NCBI GenBank assembly: GCA_963701095.1
Contig: OY969564.1
Coordinates: 608,001-672,000 of the forward strand
DNA length: 64,000 nt
Direction of reading: 5' to 3'
Source: an uncultured Methanoregulaceae archaeon
Lineage (GTDB): Archaea > Halobacteriota > Methanomicrobia > Methanomicrobiales > Methanospirillaceae
Of this stretch, positions 10,280-23,092 are shown piece after piece. Within the stretch, counting starts at the first letter, position 1, and every line of letters starts with the position of its first letter. The notes below the pieces were generated by a model. That model was not told the origin of the DNA, did not search any database, and saw nothing but the letters and a program-made list of their open reading frames with translations. A program made the position numbers and the translations under genes.

Positions 10280-12256
10280 GTGACAAATCCGCTCGACTGT
10301 CGCCACGATCAACGTCCCGATCCAGACACCCTGCTTGCTTGCGTCCAGAAAGAAGAACTACAAAACACTCGGGGTAAACTTAAGATTTTTTTAGGATATA
10401 TTGCCGGGGTCGGAAAGACATATGAGATGCTCAAATCTGCGCATCTCAAAAAGGATGAAGGCATTGACGCCAGGATAGGATACATCGAGCCTCACGGAAG
10501 AAAAGAGACTGAGGAGCTTATGGAAGGGCTCCCGATCATCCCTGTCCGCACTACCGAGTACCATGGCGTAAAACTTACCGAAATGGATCTTGATGCCATT
10601 CTTTCAGCACATCCTCAACTTGTTCTGGTTGATGAACTCGCTCATACCAATGTTCCTGGATCCCGACACCTGAAACGTTACCAAGACGTTGAAGAACTCC
10701 TTGCAGCAGGTATCGACGTCTATACCACGCTTAATGTGCAGCATATAGAAAGTCTCAATGATGTGGTTGCACGGATTACCGGTGTTATCATAAAAGAGAA
10801 AATCCCTGACAGGGTCATCGACGAGGCCTCAGAGATCGAAGTCATTGATCTGGCGCCGCCTGAATTGCTCCAGCGCCTTCGTGAGGGAAAGGTATATGTG
10901 CCCGATATGGCGGCCCGGGCAATCGAGCAGTTTTTTAATGAAGGTAATCTTTATGCCCTTCGTGAACTTGCACTTCGCCGGGCCGCTGAACGCGTCGATA
11001 ACCAGATGCTTGCTTATATGCAGACACGTTCAATTCCCGGTCCCTGGCCGGTTGGCGAATTCCTGCTAGTCTGCATTGGTCCCGGCCCACTCGCTGAAAG
11101 GCTTATCCGCACTGCCCGCAGGCAGGCTGACCGTATAAATGCACGCTGGTGCGCCATCTATATCGAAACGCCAACCCATCACCGGCTCTCGCGGGAAGCT
11201 AAAGAACAGGTCGATCGGTCACTTCAGCTCGCTGAGAAAATGGGAGCAATCACGACGACCCTGTTCGGACTCAATGTCGCAAATACAATCCTTGAGTACG
11301 CACGGCAGCACAACGTAACACGAATTATTATAGGAAAGACTCTGCGTCCCCGTTGGCAGGAGTTTGTTTTTGGATCGGTTGTCGACCAGCTTATTCACAA
11401 CAGCGGACCTATCGATGTCTACGTTATCAGCAGTGGCAAGGACCTTCCGGAAAAACCGGCGGCGACCGAACCCCTATTTCCGGCAACACCCCCGCGGGAT
11501 TATATAGACAGCCTGACGCTCGTCGTGGCGGTTACTATCTTTGGCTGGCTATTCCATGCCTTTATTTCCCCATTCAACCAGCTTATGTTTTACCTGCTTG
11601 CCGAAGTCGTCATCGCATTCAAGCGTAGCCTCAAGGCTGCAATCTTTACTGCGATCGTCGGTGTGCTCGCGTTCGATTTCTTCTTTGTGCCGCCCTATCT
11701 GACATTCCGGCTTTCCGACACTCAGTATCTTCCTACATTCCTTGCCATGATCATTGTTGGGACTGTCATTAGTATGCTTGTCACCCGTGCCAAACGTCAC
11801 GGTGACGCAGCCCAGGTTCGTGAAAAAGAAACCAGCACACTTTATGCACTCTCACAGGACCTTGCAGTAGCTATGGATGCAGCCGCGATCATGAGAGCCG
11901 TTAGTCAACACATACGGGAGATCTTCCAATGGGAGAGCGTCTTTTTCATCCCGGAAAACGGTCTTCTTGTTGTTCAGGCAAAGACCCCTGGGCTGGTTAT
12001 GGACGTAGATGATATTGCTGTAGCAACCTGGGCTTTCCAGCATGGAACCATCGCGGGTTACGATACCGATACCCTGCACGGGTCAAAACTCAGGTATATC
12101 CCGCTCCGGAGTACCCGGGGCGTTCTTGGGATTTTGGCAGTCCAGCCAATTGATCCCACAGGTGTTATCACCTATGAACAGTCCCGAATACTGACTGCAT
12201 TTGCAAACCAGGCAGCACTCGCACTTGAACGGGTAAATTTGGCAAAGGTCGTATAG
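10280..12256 (+). CDS. kdpD: KdpD-like sensor (KdpD N-domain + Usp + 4-TM DUF4118 + GAF) lacking the histidine kinase module
   Basis: GKLKIFLGYIAGVGKTYEML, VDELAHTN and LRELALR motifs. Ends at QAALALERVNLAKVV*, where HisKA would begin. GTG start at 10280. Confidence 0.88.
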   Translation: MTNPLDCRHDQRPDPDTLLACVQKEELQNTRGKLKIFLGYIAGVGKTYEMLKSAHLKKDEGIDARIGYIEPHGRKETEELMEGLPIIPVRTTEYHGVKLTEMDLDAILSAHPQLVLVDELAHTNVPGSRHLKRYQDVEELLAAGIDVYTTLNVQHIESLNDVVARITGVIIKEKIPDRVIDEASEIEVIDLAPPELLQRLREGKVYVPDMAARAIEQFFNEGNLYALRELALRRAAERVDNQMLAYMQTRSIPGPWPVGEFLLVCIGPGPLAERLIRTARRQADRINARWCAIYIETPTHHRLSREAKEQVDRSLQLAEKMGAITTTLFGLNVANTILEYARQHNVTRIIIGKTLRPRWQEFVFGSVVDQLIHNSGPIDVYVISSGKDLPEKPAATEPLFPATPPRDYIDSLTLVVAVTIFGWLFHAFISPFNQLMFYLLAEVVIAFKRSLKAAIFTAIVGVLAFDFFFVPPYLTFRLSDTQYLPTFLAMIIVGTVISMLVTRAKRHGDAAQVREKETSTLYALSQDLAVAMDAAAIMRAVSQHIREIFQWESVFFIPENGLLVVQAKTPGLVMDVDDIAVATWAFQHGTIAGYDTDTLHGSKLRYIPLRSTRGVLGILAVQPIDPTGVITYEQSRILTAFANQAALALERVNLAKVV

Positions 12257-12333
12257 GATTACACTCCAACGCATATTAGTTTGGGAAAAATCTTTTTTTT
12301 GCAGGAATGATTGAGTCAAACCGCCAGAATAGT

Positions 12334-12552
12334 TTATATCAATCCGGTCCGACGGAGCCACAATCCAATGAGAATATATCCAAAAATAGCACCGATAATG
12401 ACGGTAACAGATTCGAGTAGTACAAGATAATTTCCGTTTATCGCAGATTCCAGGATAAAATAGAGAAACTGGAGAACTGCATACCCAACCAATACAATAC
12501 CTGCGTAGAGTACAACAAGGGCAATTGTACCGGAAATAATTAGATCATCCAT
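12334..12552 (-). CDS. Small membrane protein (2 TM)
   Basis: Hydrophobic 72-aa ORF immediately downstream of the glycosyltransferase. Confidence 0.55.
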   Translation of the reverse strand: MDDLIISGTIALVVLYAGIVLVGYAVLQFLYFILESAINGNYLVLLESVTVIIGAIFGYILIGLWLRRTGLI

Positions 12553-12560
12553 GAATGAGC

Positions 12561-13649
12561 TCATTCAAGATACTCCGCCAACAGCTCATTATAGAGCCTT
12601 TTTGTGTTCTCCGCAGTACGGGCCATTGCCGGAAACCCGGGAAAATCCCGTGTCTTTGCCACATCATCTGCAAGATCCAAGTGTTTCTGATTTACCGAAT
12701 AGTACCAATTTTTCTGCCGGTAATACCACGAGAGGTACTCCTGTTCAGTCTGCCCGGGTGTTGGTATCAGGAGCGCTTGGTTTTTTCCCAATTCGGCAAG
12801 CTCCATGAGGGTCGTATATCCCGAACGGCATATAATACACTGGGCACGGTTCATCAACTCGGTCTTTATTTCGGTAGAAACATAGGGAATACAGGTCCAA
12901 TTCCCGCTCCGGACTATGGCTTTTGGTCCCTGCGGACTCCCCAGCAACGCAACCCCAGAACCTTCAAGCTCCCCGATCTTTGCAAGGATAATCTTTTCGA
13001 GAATAGTCCTTTGAGGTTCAGGACCGGAAATAATAACAAGATAATCGAGGTCCTTCGCACATGCAATTTGATGGGTACCAGAGAGAATTCCCGAGAAAAA
13101 GACACGATCCCTGGCCACATCAGTTTGAGGAAGCGAAAGTTTTCCGGCAAGGGAAAGCTCGCCCGGAAGATTGTCAGGGACAATGATGCGGTTGTACCGC
13201 TCATGAAGAAACATATTTGCCGGAATAGCGAGCAGTTCAGCAGGCCAGTATAATAGTGGCAGGTGGTAATGGAGCTGATGGGAGATAAAGATGGACGGGA
13301 CCCGGGGAGAGAAAACGCCAAGCCTGTTATCACTTATGACAAGATCGTACTGATCTTTAGACAGGATAGTTTCCAGTGTTGCATGCTCGCGTGCAACTGC
13401 TTTGAGCATGAAGGGCAGGGAGGCACAGAAGCGCGGGACAAAAAACCGGCCAAAACTAAAAGCGACGGAATAATCAGGATAATCGATATATTGGGCATCC
13501 GGAAATTCCTGCCTGAGCACCGAGAGGGCATTACCACAGGCTGCAATCGTAACTTCATGACCATGATCATGCAGGGTCTTGATAACCGGGATATCACGCG
13601 TGGCGTGGCCAAGACCCCAGTTCAGTGGTGAGACAAGAACACGCGCCAT
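12561..13649 (-). CDS. GT-B glycosyltransferase (GT28/MurG-like)
   Basis: PLNWGLGHATR, ICRSGYTTLMEL and IPTPGQTEQEYL motifs. Confidence 0.85.
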   Translation of the reverse strand: MARVLVSPLNWGLGHATRDIPVIKTLHDHGHEVTIAACGNALSVLRQEFPDAQYIDYPDYSVAFSFGRFFVPRFCASLPFMLKAVAREHATLETILSKDQYDLVISDNRLGVFSPRVPSIFISHQLHYHLPLLYWPAELLAIPANMFLHERYNRIIVPDNLPGELSLAGKLSLPQTDVARDRVFFSGILSGTHQIACAKDLDYLVIISGPEPQRTILEKIILAKIGELEGSGVALLGSPQGPKAIVRSGNWTCIPYVSTEIKTELMNRAQCIICRSGYTTLMELAELGKNQALLIPTPGQTEQEYLSWYYRQKNWYYSVNQKHLDLADDVAKTRDFPGFPAMARTAENTKRLYNELLAEYLE

Positions 13650-13747
13650 CAGGTACTTCCCTGAATTAACATTGCACTAAAAAGTATATTGAGATGATGT
13701 ACAGCGGATTAAACAGGCTGTTTGGTTTTTTAGACTTCTTCGCCGGA

Positions 13748-14431
13748 TCAAATTGCGAGCATCCCTTCATTTTCACGCAACCAGTGCCGGTGACGCAGAT
13801 AATCCGGCATCACCTTTTCGACTTTTGCCCAGAAACGATCAGAGTGATCAGGCTGGCGCAGATGGACGAGTTCGTGAATAACCACATAATCAATAACTTC
13901 CGGAGGGGCAAGGATAAGACGCCAGCAGAACGATAGCGTTCCGGACGTACTACACGAAGCCCAACGCCGTCGTGTATCAGAGATCCGTATTTTTTTTGGA
14001 ACATAATCGAGAATTGCGGCGATCCCAGCGACACGGGCAGGTAATATCTCGGCCGCTTTTTCTGCGTACCACTCCTTAAGAAGCCTCCGACACTCTGGCA
14101 GTCGTTCTTCACCGATATAAAGCCGATCGCCAAGTGAGATCCCGGTATTGCTTCCCGAGAGCACTTCAAGAACATACAATTTCCCGAGGAACAGGAATTC
14201 TTCGCCCCGGACAAAGTGTCTTTCACCGAGTGACGGCCGGTTTTTTGTTTCAATTATCTTCTTTTCGATCCAACCACGTTTTTCTTCTACAACCTTCATG
14301 ATCCAAGCGTCTGACGCCCGTATCGGTGCACGGACGATAAGCGCCGCATCGGGAGTAATCTCAAGTGAAATGGTCCGGCGGCGGGAGCGGATTATCCGGT
14401 TTGGTCGAAGGTCGCCCATCGCGTAATTCAT
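13748..14431 (-). CDS. YgjP/DUF45 (M48-like) metal-dependent hydrolase
   Basis: RSRRRTISL, RWASCS and IDYVVIHELVHL...HSDRFW motifs. Confidence 0.88.
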   Translation of the reverse strand: MNYAMGDLRPNRIIRSRRRTISLEITPDAALIVRAPIRASDAWIMKVVEEKRGWIEKKIIETKNRPSLGERHFVRGEEFLFLGKLYVLEVLSGSNTGISLGDRLYIGEERLPECRRLLKEWYAEKAAEILPARVAGIAAILDYVPKKIRISDTRRRWASCSTSGTLSFCWRLILAPPEVIDYVVIHELVHLRQPDHSDRFWAKVEKVMPDYLRHRHWLRENEGMLAI

Positions 14432-14541
14432 TTTTAAATGGGAGTTCCTAGCAGATGAGCCTTTAGCGAATTATGCACCATCCCAAAATTTAATAGAATT
14501 ATTAGCAAATGCACATGTCTACCCTACAAAGGAGGGAAAAT

Positions 14542-15150
14542 ATGACGAATGTACCAAAAGGATGCCTCGATATGCTGACCGACAAGAACAGTATGCTTGT
14601 ACTTGTCGATTATCAGTCTACAATGTTCAAAGGTGTTGCATCAGGAGACAAAACCGTTATCCGGAATGCGGCGTTCTGTGCAGCAAAAGCGGCGAGTATC
14701 CTTTCGATCCCGGTCGTGCTTTCTGCCATTAATCCCTCCAGTAACGGGGATTTCATGCCAGAAATTACCAGATTATTTCCGGGACAAGAAGTATATTCTC
14801 GTAAAGTCCTTGGGTTTGATGCTTTTGAAGACGAGATGACGCGGAACGCAGCCAAGAAGGCGAACAGGAAGAAAATGGTAATCTCGGGTCTCTGGACAAG
14901 TATGTGTTTTGCCTATACTACTCTCCACGCGTTAAAGGAAGGATACGAGGTATATGGATTGATGGACGCGGCCGGTGACTCCACGCATGATGCCCATGAG
15001 TTCGGGATCAAAAGAATGATTCAGGCAGGAGTGATACCGATCACTGTTGAATCTCTTGTCTCGGAGTGGATGCACGATTGGGGGAACCCAAAGGTTGGCG
15101 ATCTGGTAAAGGAAGTATATTCACGATACGGGTATATGATCGGGTTTTAA
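14542..15150 (+). CDS. Isochorismatase-family cysteine hydrolase (YcaC-like)
   Basis: LVLVDYQ and SGLWTSMC catalytic motifs. GGAGG RBS before ATG 14542. Confidence 0.85.
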   Translation: MTNVPKGCLDMLTDKNSMLVLVDYQSTMFKGVASGDKTVIRNAAFCAAKAASILSIPVVLSAINPSSNGDFMPEITRLFPGQEVYSRKVLGFDAFEDEMTRNAAKKANRKKMVISGLWTSMCFAYTTLHALKEGYEVYGLMDAAGDSTHDAHEFGIKRMIQAGVIPITVESLVSEWMHDWGNPKVGDLVKEVYSRYGYMIGF

Positions 15151-15331
15151 TCCCGGATTTTTCCGCGTCAATAGTAAAACGTCTGATCGAGGTGCATTCA
15201 CCCTGGAACCTTTCACGTTTGAATCTGAAGAAAACGATGGGAGATCATCGGATGAGTGTTATCAAAATAACGCTGTAAGATATTATAAGAACACTCTGTT
15301 CACAGAAGGTAGAAATTGCCGGTCAAATGGA

Positions 15332-16921
15332 ATGACAGGACACATCACATTGCCCAATCTTATCACCAAAATTCAAGACTATTACCGTTTAACCCCAGTC
15401 CAAATTGAAAATGTAACCCGGTTAAAGAAAATATCCGATCATTTTAACAAAAGAATGGGTTTGCCATCTGATCCTAGTGAAAAGATTACATCAGATACAG
15501 TCATATTGGAATCAGGCCACCAGCCCAATTTTCTCCCGCATTGTGGAACATGGAAGAAAGCTTTCCTTCTCGATAGGATATATCGAAAACTTCAGGAAAA
15601 AGGGATTCCGGCAATTGCATTTTTCGGCCTTGCCGACCAAAACCAGTCTACCGCCCGATTACTCAGCAGAAATAGCATTCCTGATTTTAACAAAAAAGGA
15701 TCACTGGTAATCGGATTTCGAATAAAAGAACCTGATAAATATACGGGATTTGCTTCCCAGAAAAAGCCCGACCGCGATCAATGGGAAAAGGAAATGTCTC
15801 AGATTAAGACGCATTATCAGGATATGTTAACAAGGGCTGACCCGGTCGATAGAAGGATCCAACCACAATTAGAGACACTGATGGAGATCATTGAAGACTG
15901 TTATGAAAAGGCAGAAACTTTTGCAGATCTCAATTCTAGGATTTTTACAAGGATTTCCCATGATATTTTAGAATTGAAACTCAGTTTTTTCAGTTATTAC
16001 GATCTTCAACGAGAGAACCTTTTTCTTGAGGAATCCCGAAGACTTCTTGATAATTTTCAGGATTATTCTCGGATATACAACAATACTGTAGTACAAGAAA
16101 AACTTGATATCCCTGTGATCGAACCGACGGAGCTTCCATTATGGTATCATTGCACGTGCGGCAGAAAGCTTTCACCACTCCTAAAAGAATCTATGACCGC
16201 AGAGGCCGTCTGCCCAACTTGTAATTGTCATCACCGCTTGTCTTTTGAGAAGGGTTTCCACGATCTTAAAAATTATTATGCCAATATGGATTTTCGTGCG
16301 GTATCCAGAGAGATCATCATTTCCGAAGCAATTGGAAACAGTCTCTATATTTCAGGTTCCGGAGGTTCTCTCATCTACGGTAGGATATCAAGGCAAATTG
16401 CGGACGCTCTGGCATTTCACCGTCCTTTAACAGCTTACTGGCGTTCCGATGATAATTATCTCGGTTTAGCTCACGTAATCGTCTTGAAAGAGATGATGAA
16501 ATTGTTTTCTCTGAAAATAGATGACGTAGAAAATTCCAATCTTGCCGAAAAAACAAAAAATGTTATCAAGTCTGTTGAGCTAGACCTCGAAACGGCTGCG
16601 GCAGATGTACCTGATAAAAAGACAAGAGAAATTTTCAATCTGAAAAGGCGCCTAAACAGCCTGACAATGGTTCTGAATTCAGCAAACCAGATTTTTTCCT
16701 CGCCTCCTTCGGCATTCGATGTAATCGTCAGTACCAAACCAGAAACTATAACCGGACTGTGGGATTCAGCGCTTAATACTGCAGATATTTTATACGAAGG
16801 AGATCAGTTTTCTTTAGACGTCAATATAGACTATCCGCCATTTCTCTTGCCCGAAATTGCCCAGCAGACAGTACCTGTCATCTATCATTCCCTGAAAAAA
16901 TTAGGAGTTGCGGAGAACTGA
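15332..16921 (+). CDS. Hypothetical protein with BshC/WbqC-like N-terminal nucleotide-binding motif and a Zn-ribbon
   Basis: 529-aa ORF with SGHQPNFLP..G..KK, FFGLAD, WYHCTCG...CPTC and SGSGGSLIYG. Confidence 0.5.
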   Translation: MTGHITLPNLITKIQDYYRLTPVQIENVTRLKKISDHFNKRMGLPSDPSEKITSDTVILESGHQPNFLPHCGTWKKAFLLDRIYRKLQEKGIPAIAFFGLADQNQSTARLLSRNSIPDFNKKGSLVIGFRIKEPDKYTGFASQKKPDRDQWEKEMSQIKTHYQDMLTRADPVDRRIQPQLETLMEIIEDCYEKAETFADLNSRIFTRISHDILELKLSFFSYYDLQRENLFLEESRRLLDNFQDYSRIYNNTVVQEKLDIPVIEPTELPLWYHCTCGRKLSPLLKESMTAEAVCPTCNCHHRLSFEKGFHDLKNYYANMDFRAVSREIIISEAIGNSLYISGSGGSLIYGRISRQIADALAFHRPLTAYWRSDDNYLGLAHVIVLKEMMKLFSLKIDDVENSNLAEKTKNVIKSVELDLETAAADVPDKKTREIFNLKRRLNSLTMVLNSANQIFSSPPSAFDVIVSTKPETITGLWDSALNTADILYEGDQFSLDVNIDYPPFLLPEIAQQTVPVIYHSLKKLGVAEN

Positions 16922-17084
16922 CCAAAAAAATTTTACATCCAGATTTTTCCCTCAACCAATCCTAAACCATCTCATGGATGTGGATCCCTTTTGGAACCCT
17001 TCATAAATAACACGGATATGCTCTCCTTTCCTTGAGAAACGCTGTCGGTTTTCATTTGGGATCCTAAGATTCGGTCACAAAAAC

Positions 17085-18267
17085 TCATTCTGTTTCGATA
17101 TAACAGAAGGGATCTTCGGCTAAAAAATCACCAGTCTTAGCATACGCACGGACCCGGCAGCCACCTCCACAGAGATCGAAATACCCGCATGTTTTACATT
17201 TCCCCTCGGTACGATTAGGTTTTCTCCGAAAACATTCAAGCACCGGGTGTCCATCATCAGCCCAGAGCATACTGAATGGTTTTAAGCGAATATTACCGAT
17301 AAGAAAATCCGGGAACGGGCAAACTGGCAGGGATACACATTGCCGCACGGATCGATATTGGCTACACGGTTGCCTGCACTGCATCCACCTTTTAATGATG
17401 CAATCAGATCGCGGGCGTATTCAAGGTCTGCTGATCCATCCCTTTCCATAGACTGGATCAGGTGGATACAATCCTGTGGTGCATCAACGGTGAGAAATTC
17501 CATAGTGCCGGGATCTATTTCATTAGCTTTTCGATACAGGATGCTAAGCGCTTCAGTCACTTCACCCTTGTCCAACTGCAGCCGGGCGTAGGAATCGCTT
17601 CCTCGTCCTGTTGGTACCAGCCAGTATAGGCAGAATCGGGAAGCACCGAGAGAAAGAGAGAGATCAACGAGATCTTCAAGTTCCCTGCAGTTTTCTTTTG
17701 TAAGGGTGATCCGGACCCGCACCGGAGCCCGGCCTCCTTACAGGCAGCAAATGCACTGATTGTTTGTTCAAACGCATCACAAGAATTACGGAACCGGTTG
17801 TGAGTCGCTGCCTTCGCACCGTCAAGCGAAATTCCGGCATATTCAATCCCGCATTTTTTTACCCTGTGGGCAATGTCGGAGGTTATGAGTGTTCCGTTGG
17901 TGCTGAGCGCCATTTTGAGACCACGGTTGCCGGCATAACGTGCCAATTCCCAGATATCCTCGCGGATAAGTGGTTCCCCACCGGTGAATAAGATAAGAGG
18001 GACACCCATTTCCGCAAGATCATCAATGACCCCCAACGCTTCAGCGGTTGTAAGCTCCTCCTCCGTTGTGCGTCCAGGTCCTGATTTGCTGTAACAATGG
18101 GTACATCTCAGGTTACAGCGATCCGTAAGGTTCCAGAAGACTACCGGCCGGTAATTCGTGGAAAATGCAAGATAATTACTAGGTACTTCGGCTTGCGGTT
18201 TGTGGCAGTGCTGTAATACACTGCTGACTGTTCCCCTTCCGTGCAGACACTGAGTAATCCGGTTCAT
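17085..18267 (-). CDS. ahbC: Radical SAM Fe-coproporphyrin III synthase AhbC/NirJ1 (two probable sequencing frameshifts near 17716 and 17311)
   Basis: RPVVFWNLTDRCNLRCTHCY, GISLDG, LVPTGRG and SPASM C..C....LCGGGCRVRA motifs. Confidence 0.82.
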
Positions 18268-18752
18268 TTTAGGTTTTTCCCGTTCTCACGCAGACGAACA
18301 TTCGGCACACGCTTAAACTCCCGGGTGCTGAAAAGGACTACATAATTCCGGCAGCCGGTTTGTTCTGCAATAGTCTTGACATCATCTAGGACCTGATCCC
18401 TGTTATGCCCATGGTGCACAGTATAATGCGTGTACTCCCACCTGCCCGGTACAGGCATGCGTTCATAGCAATGGGTTGCTGAAGGAAATGCTGCAAGCAG
18501 TTTCCCAAGATTGTCTCTTCCAGATCCTACGGGTTTCCACGCCACAAGAGCGTTCGCGGTGATCCCTACCCTTCGCTGATCGATGCGGGCCCGGAATTTT
18601 CGGATGATACCAGATTTCTTCAGGAGCCGGATCCGTTCCACAACTTCGTCGCCACTGATGTCCAATCGCTTTCCGATCTCTTCAAAAGGTGCCGGGACGA
18701 ATGGGAGACCCTGTTCCATTTCCCGAAGTAATTGAACATCAGTCAGATCCAT
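18264..18752 (-). CDS. ahbB: Siroheme decarboxylase subunit beta (NirH-like, Lrp/AsnC fold)
   Basis: P.PFEEIG, ANALVAW, THCYER...W.Y, LFSTREFK. Confidence 0.85.
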   Translation of the reverse strand: MDLTDVQLLREMEQGLPFVPAPFEEIGKRLDISGDEVVERIRLLKKSGIIRKFRARIDQRRVGITANALVAWKPVGSGRDNLGKLLAAFPSATHCYERMPVPGRWEYTHYTVHHGHNRDQVLDDVKTIAEQTGCRNYVVLFSTREFKRVPNVRLRENGKNLK

Positions 18753-19251
18753 GAGAAACCTCCCCGGATTGGACGGGCAAAAAGGAAAACCGCACATCAA
18801 TTTTTATCTTTTTTACTGTCGGTAAATTAAGAGCATCCGATACCTGAATCCCGGTCCTCTCAAGCATATCATTCAGCACACGTTCAATCTCCTTCTTATC
18901 CTGCGCAGCAATTGTGAACCAGAGAGAATAGTAATGATCCCGTTTGAAGTTATGCGATACTTCCGAATAGCTACTGATGATAGCAGCAATCTTGTCTACT
19001 CTCTCCTCCGGTACATGGAGGGCAACCAGTGTCGCAGCACGCAGGCCGATATGGTGGGATTCAAGTACAGGGGATATGCCCCGGATAATTCCTGAATCTT
19101 TCAACCGATTCATCCGAATGAACATATCAGTTTCCGTAATGCCCAACCGGTCAGCGATTGCCTCCCATGGCCGGGGGACCAACGGGAGATCATCCTGGAG
19201 GGCATTGAGTATGGCCAGATCGGTCATGTCGGGAGTAAAATTGCTTGTCAT
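18739..19251 (-). CDS. ahbA: Siroheme decarboxylase subunit alpha (NirD-like)
   Basis: LQDDLPLVPRPW, ATLVA, VSHNFKRDHYYSLWFT. ATGA overlap with the upstream radical SAM gene. Confidence 0.85.
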   Translation of the reverse strand: MTSNFTPDMTDLAILNALQDDLPLVPRPWEAIADRLGITETDMFIRMNRLKDSGIIRGISPVLESHHIGLRAATLVALHVPEERVDKIAAIISSYSEVSHNFKRDHYYSLWFTIAAQDKKEIERVLNDMLERTGIQVSDALNLPTVKKIKIDVRFSFLPVQSGEVSHGSD

Positions 19252-20348
19252 AATGTCATCTCCCCGGGCTTGTACAGGCACCAAGGATCTTCGCCGCAGC
19301 ACTCCCCGTTATAAGTCCCCGGTGTTGCAAGACCATCGCACCAGAGCGGGGATGCTGCGTCTTCTCCTAAGTATGCCCGGGCCCGGCAGCCACCGCAGGT
19401 CGTTTTGAAACTGCACTTTCCACATTTTCCCATAAGCCGCGATGGATCCCGGAGAGCGACAAAGAGCGGTGAATTGTTCCAGATCTCAGAAAACGGCGTA
19501 GTCCGGATATTGCCAACACTTACCGATAAATACGGGCAGGGGGTTACATCGCCGTTGGCAAAGATCCGGCAATAGGTAATACCGGCAAGGCAGCCTCGTC
19601 CCCACGCGGGATTGATGATGCCAAGACTATCCGCTATTCTCCGGAACTGCGGGGCGCAGGTCGGGCGGATGTTCAGATTGCTGTCCCGGTACCGGATGAG
19701 GACCTGCCGGATTAGCTCTTCATATTCTATCGGGCCGCGCGGGGCGATCTTCGATGCCCTGCCGGTTGGAATGGGGAAGAAGAGCTGATAATCGTGAACG
19801 CCAAGCGAAGTCCCGAGCCCGATCACATCTTCGACATCGCTTATGGAAGATCGCATTACCGACATATTGATTTGTATCGCGATTCCTGCATCGCGGCAAT
19901 GTCCAATCGCCTGCAAGGCTCTCTCCCACACTCCATTAAGACCCCGAAAAGAATCGTGAGTTGCTGGATCTTTTGAGTCCAGGCTTATGGCTACTGCCTT
20001 TATCCCGGCGTCCCGGAGATTCTTCGCTGCATCCTGATCGATGAGATACCCGCTGGTCCCAATCGCCATCCGGAGCCCCTGCTCCGTGCCATACCGGGCA
20101 ATCTCATAGAGGTCGTCTCGCATCAGGGGCTCGCCTCCGCTGAGCACGACTACCGGAGTTCCAATCGCCCGGATCTGATCAATGACTGCGAATGCTTCCT
20201 CAGTGGAGAGTACTCCATCTGCCTCCTTTTCGCCCGCATCCACATAACAGTGAGAACACTTCAGCGGGCACCGCAGCGTGATATTCCATGAAATGATACG
20301 CGGTGCACTTGATGTACCCTTCAATGTTTCAGTCTGTTTGCCAAACAC
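19248..20348 (-). CDS. ahbD: Radical SAM heme b synthase AhbD/NirJ2
   Basis: CPLKCSHCY, IPTGR, RPTCAPQF, GCLAG, PCPYL and CGGCRARA motifs. Confidence 0.78.
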   Translation of the reverse strand: MFGKQTETLKGTSSAPRIISWNITLRCPLKCSHCYVDAGEKEADGVLSTEEAFAVIDQIRAIGTPVVVLSGGEPLMRDDLYEIARYGTEQGLRMAIGTSGYLIDQDAAKNLRDAGIKAVAISLDSKDPATHDSFRGLNGVWERALQAIGHCRDAGIAIQINMSVMRSSISDVEDVIGLGTSLGVHDYQLFFPIPTGRASKIAPRGPIEYEELIRQVLIRYRDSNLNIRPTCAPQFRRIADSLGIINPAWGRGCLAGITYCRIFANGDVTPCPYLSVSVGNIRTTPFSEIWNNSPLFVALRDPSRLMGKCGKCSFKTTCGGCRARAYLGEDAASPLWCDGLATPGTYNGECCGEDPWCLYKPGEMTL

Positions 20349-20403
20349 TGCCCGAGATCCTTATCCACTTTGTTAAGATTCTTAACTATTGAAGACATTT
20401 ATG

Positions 20404-22594
<2,191 letters not shown>

Positions 22595-23092
22595 TCATAC
22601 ATAGGTAGAAGGAAAATCCCTTTAATTAATATTGGTATGATGATCGTGCTCATTAGTGTTTTTTACGAGTCCTAATAACTCGGAATTTGAAATCAGAAAA
22701 AATTGTTATGGCTTGGATAATGAAGACATAATGTTGTGACGTCTTATTTCACTACAATATTGTATTTCTTTAAAAATTGAAGCATGAAATGACGTTATCT
22801 ATTATAATCCCTCAATAAAACTATAGGAATTTTTTGATATATAGAACAAATTAAAAAGATATATAGTTGCGTATTTCTAATATCTCATTGGTTAAGTATC
22901 CACAAGTGAGGTGGCAGATTGTATGCGAATACTCAGATGCGAACGCTGTATAAAACCCTGTCTGTTAACAACCCTTAACGATATAGAGATGAAATTCTGC
23001 CCCGTTAATAAAGGATCGGCAGATTGGAAACTGGTCAACAGGAAAGAGCAAGTGGTTACGTAACCCTATCGCGTTACCAGCGGTGGTTTCCC

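Noticed and set aside
10269..10289. Tandem GTGACAAATC duplication at the kdpB/kdpD junction
   Set aside because: It is only 10 bp and overlaps the stop and start codons. No further structure supports a function.
12555..13253. Long antisense ORFs (also 24522-25349, 33243-34130, 55931-56782, 60274-61095)
   Set aside because: These are shadow ORFs opposite well-supported genes and have no recognisable motifs.
13748..14431. Type I restriction-modification locus, suggested by the YgjP-like gene
   Set aside because: No hsdR/M/S genes are adjacent.
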